From the NCBI GenBank assembly GCA_002726495.1, contig PBTH01000020.1, positions 6,650 to 70,649 of the forward strand: a stretch of 64,000 bases of DNA, given 5' to 3'. The notes below the pieces were generated by a model that saw only the letters and a program-made list of their open reading frames with translations, did no database searches and was not told where the DNA came from. A program made the translations under genes and the position numbers. The number at the start of each line of letters is the position of its first letter. Position 1 is the stretch's first letter. Positions 1 through 9,207 of the stretch are shown here, in pieces. This DNA is from Methanobacteriota archaeon (GTDB lineage: Archaea > Thermoplasmatota > Poseidoniia > Poseidoniales > Poseidoniaceae).

Positions 1-3000
1 ATGAGCGTGATGTTCCTTACCATGCTAACTGTAATTTTCTTGATGGCTCTTCCGTTCTACGGACATCCACAACTTTCCCTTGTTCTTGATTCAACAGGAC
101 TTCAACCGTTCTTGTTTATCTTTGGATTTACGCTTGCGATCGCATTCGTAACAACAGGATTCCGTGACAAGCCATGGTTGCTCGTTTTGGGAACTCTTGG
201 CGGACTTGCAGCGGTGTTCTTTACACTGCTCTTTGCCCTCAAGTTCGCAGGATGGTCCGATGCATGGGACGTTCTCTTCACTGGAAGCGGATATTTCACC
301 AAGACCAAGATTTTCGGAACTGTTGCTGAAGCAAATGCTCCGAACCGAGCTCAACTCTTTGCCTCATTCGGCCCGATAACCTTCTTGCTCGCCCTTGTCA
401 TGGGTGGTACCTTCCTCTGGAGAGGAATGCGTTATCGTCGCTCCACCGATCTGGTTTTCGGTGTGTGGCTCTTTGCAGCTACGTTCATGGCTTGGAACGC
501 TGCTCGTTTCATGTTTAACGCAACTCCGATTATGGCCATCCTCGGTGCAGTTGGTATCGCTTCCTTGTGGAAGTGGGCAAACTGGAGTGGTCTGGTTCGT
601 TCATGGAAGAAGTTCGGGATCCGAACCCCTGCCGACCGTATCGCAGGAGCACGAAAGGCTGTATGGCGAACACCTCAGTTCTCAGCAATTTTCCTCGTTA
701 TGCTCATGCTCTTCAGCCAACAAGCGACTTACGGTCTTGATTCAGCAATTCCTGGCTCTTCTTCATCTGCAGAAGGAGACCTCGATGAAAGAATTTACGA
801 CATCGTTCCAGACATTCTTCGGTTTGATGGACTCGGTTTCTCTATTCTTGACAGCAGCAACCACGAAGGTCGCTGGTATCTTGGAAACTTCGGTTCATCC
901 TTCAACGATGACGGATGGAATCGGGCCTATGAATGGCTTGCTGGACAAGATACAAATGTCACGTACTCTGAACGTCCTGCATTTGTGTCATGGTGGGACT
1001 ACGGTTTCCAAGCATTGACCACAGGTGATCACCCATCGGTTTCAGATAACTTCCAGTCAGGAATTCCAGCAACAGGTAACATGTTGCTCGCACGAAACCA
1101 AGACGATTTGACGGCTATGTTCATCTGGCAACTTGCTGAAGGTGACCGTGATTACGCAAAATCCAAGGGATTGGATACAGTCTTCACTCCTAAATTCCAG
1201 GACATTCTAGATGATTACCTAACTGTAGAGCAGGTTGATGAGTTTACACAAATGGAAACACGTTCCGATGAAGGCATGATTGAATTTATTCAAGATCGCT
1301 CATTCTCCGTTGTCAAAACCAATCGAAACATCGTCATGGCTACAGGACACCAACATGTGGCTGGAATATTTGATGCCGATACGCTTGTTTACCGCCTCTA
1401 CAAAGACGGCGTTCAACTTCCATGTGAATCCGAAACAACCGGTATTTGCTTGGGTGATGACTGGCTCGATAAGAGTGCAGCAGAACAATCATTCAGCAAC
1501 AACATTCGTTCGGCAGATGATACTGTTGAATCAGCATCTCACACGATTTTCGGCGAATATTGGTACACAGAAGATTTGATCGAGGATTATCTTGATGTTG
1601 CAACATCAATTCACAGGAAGAATTCCCGTATTGCAATGGTCACTCAACTCCTCACTGCAGCCCTTGATGCTCGGGAAGATGTAACCATCCACGACATGTA
1701 CCACGACATCATGGACGTCGGTGGAGAAGAGGGCAACTACAATGTGCAAGATTACGAAAAGGCACCTGGTGAGACCATTTCAAGAGATCACGAAATCCGC
1801 TACTTTGCTATTGACAATCGTTTGTACCCCCGTGCTGGTCGCTATACAGCTGATTACAATTACAACGGAGGCCAACCCATGGGTATCTTCGGTGCTCCTA
1901 CCATCCTTGCTGGCCAAGATACTGGCACATACATGGATGAAGTGTACGAAACCATTCGTGGTGACTTCAGTGACGAAATGACTCGTGAAGAGGTTGACCT
2001 CGCAATGCAAAAGGATTTCTTGAATCAGCAAGCAGGAGCAGAAATTGACCCGTTGCAGATTGAGGATGTCCGTGTTGATCACATGCCAGCATTCTTTGAC
2101 ACCATGGTTGCACGAACCTATGTTGGATATGGGGCTTCGACCCTTGGATTGGACACAGCATCTTCCAATCCACAACCATCTCAACACTTCATGGTTTCAG
2201 GTTCTCCGGGCAGCATTCTATCTTCAGCCCTTCCTTTGCCTGGTGCAATGATGAACCACTATGTCATTGCCAACTGGTATGATGATGAAACTGAATCCGG
2301 AATTACTGACTCAAACACCAAGGTAAAGATTCTCAAATACTATCCTGGAAATCAAATCACTGGTCAAGTAACCATGTCCGATAACAGCGAGGGAATCCCT
2401 GGCGTCCGTCTCTTAATCGAGCGTGATGCGTTCTCTGGTGAAGGTCCAGAAGACCTTGATGCAGACACGTATTGGATTCCAATTGGATTCGTAGATGCTG
2501 ATGAAAACGGCAATTACGAGTACACGGTCCCAGCAGGCCGGATTCGTGTTTCTGCCTTTGCAGGAGAATACGACCCAGTCGCAGCTCAGGATTCAATTCG
2601 TGATGGCAGTTATGCTCAAGTTAACAACAACAATCTCGATATTACTTCAGAAACGAACGGAGAGCGTGATGTCTATGCAATAACTGCCCTTCTTGGTCAG
2701 GTTGCTAACATGACTTGGCTGGGTGACGCAGAAATGAACGTCACAGCTGCAATGGCTAACCGAGACGTTAACATCGACACACCTCTTGATGTTTCCATCA
2801 AGAGCAGTGGTGTTTCGGGAACAGTTGTCTGGACTGGCGATGAGTCCTTCTCGGGAGACGCAGTTTCCAATACGACCTTTATCCTACGCAACATTTGGTC
2901 CATGACCGAGAATTATACCGTGACAACAACCAGCGGTTCAATCACCTCCGAAGAGAGCAGAATCCTTCAAGGAACTGGAGAGGCTACATTTACTGAAAAT

Positions 3001-6000
3001 GGAACGTTTGAAAGTACAGGTATGGCAGTTGCAAAGAATTTCATTGGTACATTTACCCGTGAACTCGGAGACAACCGCATGTTCTTTGCAAATGGAACAT
3101 GGGATGGTGTTGGTACTATTGAAGCAACATGGATGGAATCTGTAAACTCTACCGATTGTGAGTTGAGCAACGATTCTTTGCCAATCATGCCGGCCAATTA
3201 CACCGTTTGTGTTGTTGACATCAAAGATGGCATGACCACATACCGTGTCGAGGGAAGTGTCAACGCATCCGGTACCTTCACTTCAGAAGGCATAACAACA
3301 CTCACACGAACTTATGGAGACTATGACACTGGAAGCGGTGATACATTCGAAGGTGCAGGTTCCTACGAAGGTATTGGTACATTCAATGGTACTGGATTGT
3401 TCATTGGTTCTGGAACCTTTTCGGGTCCAATGGTTGAGCCGGGTTCATTCTACAGAACAGGATTGCTACCAGGTACATACAACATGATCGCCATGCTCGA
3501 TAACAACAAAACAGTGGTTCTACCCGACCCTGTAGTTGTTGGTGTCGCACCAAGTTACGACCTTGCAATGACCATGCCAGGTGCAATCTTTGAGGATGTC
3601 CTCAAGGACATGGACGGAGAACTCATGCCGAACAAAACCATTGAATTGATCGATGTAGACCTCGGTGAAGAATTCAAGATAAGTATTGATACCGATGAAA
3701 ATGCAAGTTTCAGTTACGGTCCGATTCCTAAGGGAGATTATTACTACAGAATTGACGCAGACGGCGACAAATGGTTTGACCTCAATGAATCTGTAACAGT
3801 GGATGACGAAACAACAAACATCACTCTAGCATTCGGAGTTCCAGCCACTGTTGACGTCACACTGCATCTTGTATCTCCAGTCAACCCAACCACACAAGAA
3901 CCTCTCTTTGATGTCGTTAACCGGACCATCACATTTGACAACACGGCCGGCATCCTTGACCCGGTAAATGTCACATCGGATGAAAACGGAACCGTATATG
4001 CTGAACTTTTGTTCGGCGTCTATGATATCCGAGATGATGTTAACACGCAATATGTGCTCTTTGACCAAATTGACATTGGATTTGGTTCTGATGATTTGGA
4101 AAAGAACATCACCTACGCTGAATCTGTTTACCTCAACGGAAGTCTACGCTATGATCCGGCTTATGACGACGAGGTTGCTCACGCCGACTGGCTTGCTCAA
4201 TCACCAGAAGTCAAGCTTGAAGCCAGTCAACCCGCCAGTGGGGTTACAGTTGTGTTTAGCAGCGGTGTATTGACCTTTACATCGGTCACGAACCTTACTG
4301 GAAATTACTCAGTACGTGTGCCTGCTGGATTTGATTATGATATGACGACGAGCATGGTCACTCAGGAACTGGGTGGTGGCCAATTGGTTGCTGTATCAAG
4401 TGCGGATGATATGGACATGGGTGTCTTGTATCTGGAGCCAACTACTACGGTTGCAGGAGTTATCCACCTTTACGATAACATGACTCGGTGGAGCAATACT
4501 ATTCCTCGCTGGGAAGCACCAGAGATTGTTGCGACCAACGAAGACGGATTGCAATGGACCACGACTGCCAACGAGATGGGAGAATTTGACTTGAACCTCA
4601 TTGATGGTACATGGGAACTCAGTGTTGCGGAAGAACTTCTCAACATTGATCCTGTTTCTGGAATTGTGGTCAACCGCTCCCTCACTGAGGAGATGTCTGT
4701 GATGGAACTCTTTGCCAACCCTGCATCGGTTGAAGTTTCCTTTGAGATATTCCTCAATTCAGCGGAGGATGGTTCATTTGAGAACGGAACAAAGGTTTCT
4801 CCTAACTTCCGTCTTGTTCCTGCCGATGAATCCCGTGAAGCCATTTACCTTACATCAGCCAATTACACCTCGGATGGCGTCGCTAATGTATCCTTGACAC
4901 CAGGGACCTACACTCTTGTCTTCAACCGAACAACGGCAAGCCATGAGAATGCGACCGATTATGACCTCGTAGGTGAGATTGTCTTTGAAGACATCTACAT
5001 CGGACTTGATGGTCCTGAAGAACCTCTTCCAGTTCCATTGAGAAATACATATCTCGTCACTGGTACATTGCTGAACTCTTCTGAAGTAGGAATCATGAAT
5101 GATTTCTTACTTTACAACGAAGCCGATGACCTTTGGTTTACTGATATTGGTTCAGATGAAAACGGTACCTTTGCAGCCTACGTCCCTGCTGGTGAATGGT
5201 TGATGATTGTCGCACCGTTCTCATACACGAACTCCACTGAAACCCTCCGAGCTCCACTCTCTATTGGAGTCGATTCCTCGGTTCGTCTCAATCAGACTTT
5301 CACGACTCTTGAAGCGGTTGATGTATCAGTTCAGTTGAAAGAACTCTTGACACTTGGTGAACTTCCAGATATGAATCTTGTAGCGGTAAGCGAAGACGGC
5401 CTTGGTAATGTGACCTTCGAAAAGACGGATTCAAACGGTACCATTGAACAAATGCTCATGCCAGGAAACTGGAGCCTGTTCCTCAACAAATCTTCAGGCC
5501 AACGTACATGGTACCTCAACACTTCTGCAACACCTTTCAACATGGACAGTGCTGAAAATGGAAGCTTAGCTCTTGACCCAGTCTTTGCTGCTTTGGAAGT
5601 AGAGATCGGAGGAAGAGTCTACTGGGACCTTGACAACAACAGTGCACCCTCGGAAAGCGAAGGGCTTGAAGGATTCAATGTGACCGTTATCGGTGCAAAT
5701 AATTCAGAAGTTAACACTGTTGTAACAACCGATGCAACGGGTGTATGGACACTCTTTGTCCCAATTCAAGATGTGTACAATGTTACTGTTGAGAAAGATG
5801 GGTTCGATACTGTGTATTACATGACCGGCAATGACTCCGGCTTTACAGTTTACAACAGTCCACAATCAACAGATATCGAAGTTGTCGCTGGATTGGTTGA
5901 AGTAACCGGTTCAGTCACTGATCAAGTCGATACCAACCGCCTCAACGGGGCGTCGATCGTATTGTATCCGAAGGCAGGAATTGAACGTGACTCAGTCACT

Positions 6001-7749
6001 GTAACAGGAGCCATGGTTAACGATACTCTTGAGTGGTCCGCCATGGTGCAACCTGGTGAATGGATTGTGGTCGTAACGGACGCAAACCCAACTCCAAACG
6101 GTGGCGGTGTTGCAGTTGCTTTGCTTGATGCAAGCGTTTCTGATGGTGGAAACATATCAATGGAAATGGCTCTCGGTGGATATCTTGTTCTTGATACGGA
6201 ATGGTTCCCACTCGGGGCTACAACCCCTAATCATGCAGGAGCGGACAATGCGAATGCAGGCGTGATGTCAGAATCAGTTGTTCTTGAAACATCGTTTGAT
6301 GGTAATTCATGGATGGTTGACTTGCCAACAACCGGTACACTCAACCTGCTCATGCCTGAGGGAAGTGTATTGTTTGATAGTTCATTCATGACCACTCAAC
6401 ATTCCAGTAACTTGGAAATGGAATACTTTGGAGGACAAAGTATGACCGTGGCTTCGGATTCAACCATCACAGCAGTATTGGACTACAACCGTCGAATTAA
6501 CTCTGCTCTTGACCTTGAGTTTAACAGCGTTGATGGGGGATTGCTCATGAACGCCACCGATATTGAAATCGGAGCGGTGGTTTCCTCAACAAATGATACA
6601 CTTTACGACCAGTTCATCTTCTCTGTTGACGTCACCTACAACGGTACTGAATCCATGGATGTGTTCACGGTAACCGCTGAAATGGGCTTGGCACAGGATT
6701 CAGACCTATGGACAGTTGAACTGTACAATGAAACCAGCCAAGAGTGGGAAAGTTCAGTTCTCATGTCCCTCGGTGTCGGGAATGTGACCGGTGCAGGCGC
6801 AATCCTATCGGATAATGTCAGTGTTAGAGTCACTCTTCCTTCAGTTGAGAATGCATGGCATCTTGACAACGGTCATCGAGTCTCAGTACGTCTTGAAACT
6901 GAATCCGGAGAAGCCAGCCAAATCACGGTGAAGGCAGTTGTTCCTTCAGATTATGATTATGTCATTTCGGATGCTACAGAACTTCTTGGAATTTCTCCGT
7001 TGGTAAAGCGTGAATTCAGCTTTGACCTGACCAACATTGGAAACGGTAAAGATACGTTTACAATGGAACTTTTGGAAAGCGGAATCCCTGAGGGATGGTC
7101 CGTAACTCCAATGGATTCCAACGTCACGCTTGCAAAGGGTGAAACTCGTGTTCAGATCTTTTCAGTGTTTGCACCTGCAGACTTCAATGAAGACGGTGGA
7201 TTTGATTTGAAGGTCTATGTGGACAATCTTGGAGGAGATGCTAAGGAAGTGGATGTCACAATCCAATACGCCCAAATCAAACTCTCTGTTGACCAAGGTG
7301 AAATTGCAACAGAATCAGATGACATAGCAAACGTTGCAGGAAATGTCGTGATTCCAGTGCGTAACAGTGGACTATTGGACGCAACATCGGTCATTGTATA
7401 TCTCAAACCAGTCGGCGAAGGAACTGTTGAGTTCCAACAAACGATCACTGTGCCAGCCAATGAAACAGTAAACGCAGTGTTTGACAACATTACAAGAGAA
7501 CAAGGCGACCATCGCTTTGAAGTTCGCTTAGAAGTTGTTGGTGAAGAGGCAAACAATGTAGAATCAATCACCCTTCCAGGTACTGCCGATCAAAACGGTA
7601 TACACGACTTCCAACTGCGATACGACCCTGCAGTATCTCCTGATGGAGATTCCATATGGTTGACACTGGCAGTGGTTGTTCTTGGATCGCTTGTTGTGTA
7701 CGGCGGTGTCAAGACAGCACGTAGCGGTCGGTCCGGTTCTAAGTTCTGA
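1..7749 (+). CDS. aglB: AglB/STT3-type oligosaccharyltransferase core fused to a giant extracellular beta-sandwich array with a C-terminal membrane anchor. The N-terminus may lie upstream of the window.
   Basis: The frame is open from nt 1. A multi-TM N-terminal region is followed by the canonical WWDYG motif (nt 991-1005) and a downstream 'IRYFAIDNRLYP...GIFGAP' segment like the STT3 DK/MI region. About 1,850 aa follow with repeated 'D/SxNG.[FY]...P.G.Y' signatures (carboxypeptidase-regulatory-like) and 'N.GN' signatures (CARDB-like). The protein ends in a TM helix (about nt 7650-7710) and a short basic tail. Confidence 0.75.
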   Translation: MSVMFLTMLTVIFLMALPFYGHPQLSLVLDSTGLQPFLFIFGFTLAIAFVTTGFRDKPWLLVLGTLGGLAAVFFTLLFALKFAGWSDAWDVLFTGSGYFTKTKIFGTVAEANAPNRAQLFASFGPITFLLALVMGGTFLWRGMRYRRSTDLVFGVWLFAATFMAWNAARFMFNATPIMAILGAVGIASLWKWANWSGLVRSWKKFGIRTPADRIAGARKAVWRTPQFSAIFLVMLMLFSQQATYGLDSAIPGSSSSAEGDLDERIYDIVPDILRFDGLGFSILDSSNHEGRWYLGNFGSSFNDDGWNRAYEWLAGQDTNVTYSERPAFVSWWDYGFQALTTGDHPSVSDNFQSGIPATGNMLLARNQDDLTAMFIWQLAEGDRDYAKSKGLDTVFTPKFQDILDDYLTVEQVDEFTQMETRSDEGMIEFIQDRSFSVVKTNRNIVMATGHQHVAGIFDADTLVYRLYKDGVQLPCESETTGICLGDDWLDKSAAEQSFSNNIRSADDTVESASHTIFGEYWYTEDLIEDYLDVATSIHRKNSRIAMVTQLLTAALDAREDVTIHDMYHDIMDVGGEEGNYNVQDYEKAPGETISRDHEIRYFAIDNRLYPRAGRYTADYNYNGGQPMGIFGAPTILAGQDTGTYMDEVYETIRGDFSDEMTREEVDLAMQKDFLNQQAGAEIDPLQIEDVRVDHMPAFFDTMVARTYVGYGASTLGLDTASSNPQPSQHFMVSGSPGSILSSALPLPGAMMNHYVIANWYDDETESGITDSNTKVKILKYYPGNQITGQVTMSDNSEGIPGVRLLIERDAFSGEGPEDLDADTYWIPIGFVDADENGNYEYTVPAGRIRVSAFAGEYDPVAAQDSIRDGSYAQVNNNNLDITSETNGERDVYAITALLGQVANMTWLGDAEMNVTAAMANRDVNIDTPLDVSIKSSGVSGTVVWTGDESFSGDAVSNTTFILRNIWSMTENYTVTTTSGSITSEESRILQGTGEATFTENGTFESTGMAVAKNFIGTFTRELGDNRMFFANGTWDGVGTIEATWMESVNSTDCELSNDSLPIMPANYTVCVVDIKDGMTTYRVEGSVNASGTFTSEGITTLTRTYGDYDTGSGDTFEGAGSYEGIGTFNGTGLFIGSGTFSGPMVEPGSFYRTGLLPGTYNMIAMLDNNKTVVLPDPVVVGVAPSYDLAMTMPGAIFEDVLKDMDGELMPNKTIELIDVDLGEEFKISIDTDENASFSYGPIPKGDYYYRIDADGDKWFDLNESVTVDDETTNITLAFGVPATVDVTLHLVSPVNPTTQEPLFDVVNRTITFDNTAGILDPVNVTSDENGTVYAELLFGVYDIRDDVNTQYVLFDQIDIGFGSDDLEKNITYAESVYLNGSLRYDPAYDDEVAHADWLAQSPEVKLEASQPASGVTVVFSSGVLTFTSVTNLTGNYSVRVPAGFDYDMTTSMVTQELGGGQLVAVSSADDMDMGVLYLEPTTTVAGVIHLYDNMTRWSNTIPRWEAPEIVATNEDGLQWTTTANEMGEFDLNLIDGTWELSVAEELLNIDPVSGIVVNRSLTEEMSVMELFANPASVEVSFEIFLNSAEDGSFENGTKVSPNFRLVPADESREAIYLTSANYTSDGVANVSLTPGTYTLVFNRTTASHENATDYDLVGEIVFEDIYIGLDGPEEPLPVPLRNTYLVTGTLLNSSEVGIMNDFLLYNEADDLWFTDIGSDENGTFAAYVPAGEWLMIVAPFSYTNSTETLRAPLSIGVDSSVRLNQTFTTLEAVDVSVQLKELLTLGELPDMNLVAVSEDGLGNVTFEKTDSNGTIEQMLMPGNWSLFLNKSSGQRTWYLNTSATPFNMDSAENGSLALDPVFAALEVEIGGRVYWDLDNNSAPSESEGLEGFNVTVIGANNSEVNTVVTTDATGVWTLFVPIQDVYNVTVEKDGFDTVYYMTGNDSGFTVYNSPQSTDIEVVAGLVEVTGSVTDQVDTNRLNGASIVLYPKAGIERDSVTVTGAMVNDTLEWSAMVQPGEWIVVVTDANPTPNGGGVAVALLDASVSDGGNISMEMALGGYLVLDTEWFPLGATTPNHAGADNANAGVMSESVVLETSFDGNSWMVDLPTTGTLNLLMPEGSVLFDSSFMTTQHSSNLEMEYFGGQSMTVASDSTITAVLDYNRRINSALDLEFNSVDGGLLMNATDIEIGAVVSSTNDTLYDQFIFSVDVTYNGTESMDVFTVTAEMGLAQDSDLWTVELYNETSQEWESSVLMSLGVGNVTGAGAILSDNVSVRVTLPSVENAWHLDNGHRVSVRLETESGEASQITVKAVVPSDYDYVISDATELLGISPLVKREFSFDLTNIGNGKDTFTMELLESGIPEGWSVTPMDSNVTLAKGETRVQIFSVFAPADFNEDGGFDLKVYVDNLGGDAKEVDVTIQYAQIKLSVDQGEIATESDDIANVAGNVVIPVRNSGLLDATSVIVYLKPVGEGTVEFQQTITVPANETVNAVFDNITREQGDHRFEVRLEVVGEEANNVESITLPGTADQNGIHDFQLRYDPAVSPDGDSIWLTLAVVVLGSLVVYGGVKTARSGRSGSKF

Positions 7750-7815
7750 TATTGGAACATTTTGGCCCCTTGTCAAACAAGGGTTCTTGAATCAAACGAT
7801 AGGATAGTCACCACT

Positions 7816-9030
7816 ATGGAAGGTCTTGACCATGTTGAGTACCTACCAGAACCTACTGATAAGAACATAGTTTCTGCAGTCGACCCCGCTGTTGTTGGTC
7901 ACCAGGTCGGTTGGCGCTCCGAGGTCATGGGTTGGGCACCACTGCCGGCTGAGCCGATTGTCCGTACGAGAAGGCGCGCGCTCACTGCAACGAATATCAT
8001 GGGTTTTGCAGTTCTTGTATCAATTGGTATGCTCTTGTGGCAGAACGACCTCCTCATAGTGGATTTGCCACTTGAAGACAGTGAATGGGCCTTTGAGACA
8101 ATCGGTGTTCGTGAACTCAATCAACAGGGATTAACTGGAGAGGGTGTACGTGTTTGCATGGTCGATACAGGTATTGAATTCGATCATGATGCCTTTGATG
8201 GTAAATCTATACTGTTTCATGATATGATTGGTACATCAACGGAGCCACGCGAATATGGGGTGATCGCTCATGGGACGTTGATGGCAGGGATTCTCATCGC
8301 TGATGGGCATCAATCAGGCGTAGCACCTAACGTAACATTCGCTATGGTAGCAGCCCTCCAAGACGATGGTTCAGGAAAAAACAGTGGACTTGAATCAGAT
8401 GTTGGTGATGCGATACGTTGGTGCCAATTTGAATTCGAAGCAGACATCATCTCACTTTCCCTTGGAGGTACTCCAAGCATGATGAATGAACGGGAGGGAG
8501 ATTCCGTATCAGCAACACGACAGGCTACTGATAATGGAATCTATGTCGTAGCAGCTGCCGGAAATGACGGAGGTCCAGATGATGATGGAGATGTTGCAGC
8601 TCCGGGTAACGTGCCGCGAGCGATTTCAGTTGGAGCAACAACCCGTAGCGAGGGCATCTGGGAAAATTCATCTGTTGGAATGCGCAATGGTGATGGTTTT
8701 ACGAGACAAAGTCCCCACTTAAAGCCTGAAATCGTAGCCCCTGGCCATCAAATTATCAGCACTGGAAACGACAATCGCTGGTACACGAGCAGTGGAACTT
8801 CTGATTCTACCGTTTTCGTTGCAGGGGCACTGGCCCTTCTTTTAGAAGCCAATCCGCAATTACGTCCCAATTCTCAAAGTGACGGCTCCTGCATTGACAT
8901 CGTCAAAGAAGCGCTCATGAACTCTGCTAAATCAATCGGTCAGGGTGAGGGCCATCATCCATATGCTGGATACGGACTTCTTGATGCTCAGAAATGGATT
9001 GATTCAATCCCCTCCGAATCCTCATGTTGA
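7816..9030 (+). CDS. Membrane-anchored subtilisin-like serine protease (peptidase S8)
   Basis: Catalytic triad motifs are present: 'VCMVDTGIEFDHDAF' (Asp), 'AHGTLMAGIL' (His) and 'SGTSDSTVFVAGALALLLE' (Ser). An N-terminal signal-anchor 'IMGFAVLVSIGMLLW' is present. The ORF track opens at a TTG at 7762; the first ATG is at 7816. Confidence 0.85.
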   Translation: MEGLDHVEYLPEPTDKNIVSAVDPAVVGHQVGWRSEVMGWAPLPAEPIVRTRRRALTATNIMGFAVLVSIGMLLWQNDLLIVDLPLEDSEWAFETIGVRELNQQGLTGEGVRVCMVDTGIEFDHDAFDGKSILFHDMIGTSTEPREYGVIAHGTLMAGILIADGHQSGVAPNVTFAMVAALQDDGSGKNSGLESDVGDAIRWCQFEFEADIISLSLGGTPSMMNEREGDSVSATRQATDNGIYVVAAAGNDGGPDDDGDVAAPGNVPRAISVGATTRSEGIWENSSVGMRNGDGFTRQSPHLKPEIVAPGHQIISTGNDNRWYTSSGTSDSTVFVAGALALLLEANPQLRPNSQSDGSCIDIVKEALMNSAKSIGQGEGHHPYAGYGLLDAQKWIDSIPSESSC

Positions 9031-9103
9031 AGGAAAATTAAGGGGGGAATCCTTCCCAAATCCAAATTCAGTGTGTGAGCGGTTACCGAAAAAGGGTCAC
9101 TAA

Positions 9104-9134
9104 CCGGATATTTTATTGCGGAATCCGGCTTTTT
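9104..9134 (+). terminator. Weak hairpin plus T5 tract downstream of the S8 protease gene
   Basis: CCGGAT (9104-9109) pairs with ATCCGG (9123-9128) across a 13-nt loop, followed by TTTTT (9130-9134). Oligo-T tracts are the usual archaeal termination signal. Confidence 0.25.
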
Positions 9135-9200
9135 ATGATGATACAAATAGATTAAAATGATATTTTTAATTTGACAATCATGGAGCAGTATTATATTCGG
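9131..9200 (+). promoter_or_regulatory. AT-rich putative promoter region with TATA-like elements upstream of the beta-helix surface protein gene
   Basis: This is the most AT-rich intergenic stretch in the window. It contains 'TTTTTAAT' (about 9163-9170) and 'TTATAT' (about 9191-9196), at plausible distances from the candidate starts at 9208 and 9232. Confidence 0.3.
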
Positions 9201-9207
9201 GCCATCC

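Noticed and set aside
1780-2187. Numerous antisense or out-of-frame ORFs of 60-190 aa inside the giant genes (e.g. 1780-2187, 24812-25288, 25278-25841, 28126-28683, 29256-29711, 61242-61697)
   Set aside because: They lie entirely within long ORFs that have strong motif support, have odd Cys/Arg/His-rich composition, and carry no motifs. They are typical shadow ORFs.
7767-7783. 6-bp hairpin (CCCTTG / CAAGGG, 5-nt loop) just after the AglB-fusion stop codon
   Set aside because: It is short, has no following T-tract, and lies within the possible 5' extension of the next ORF. That is too weak to call a terminator or regulatory element.
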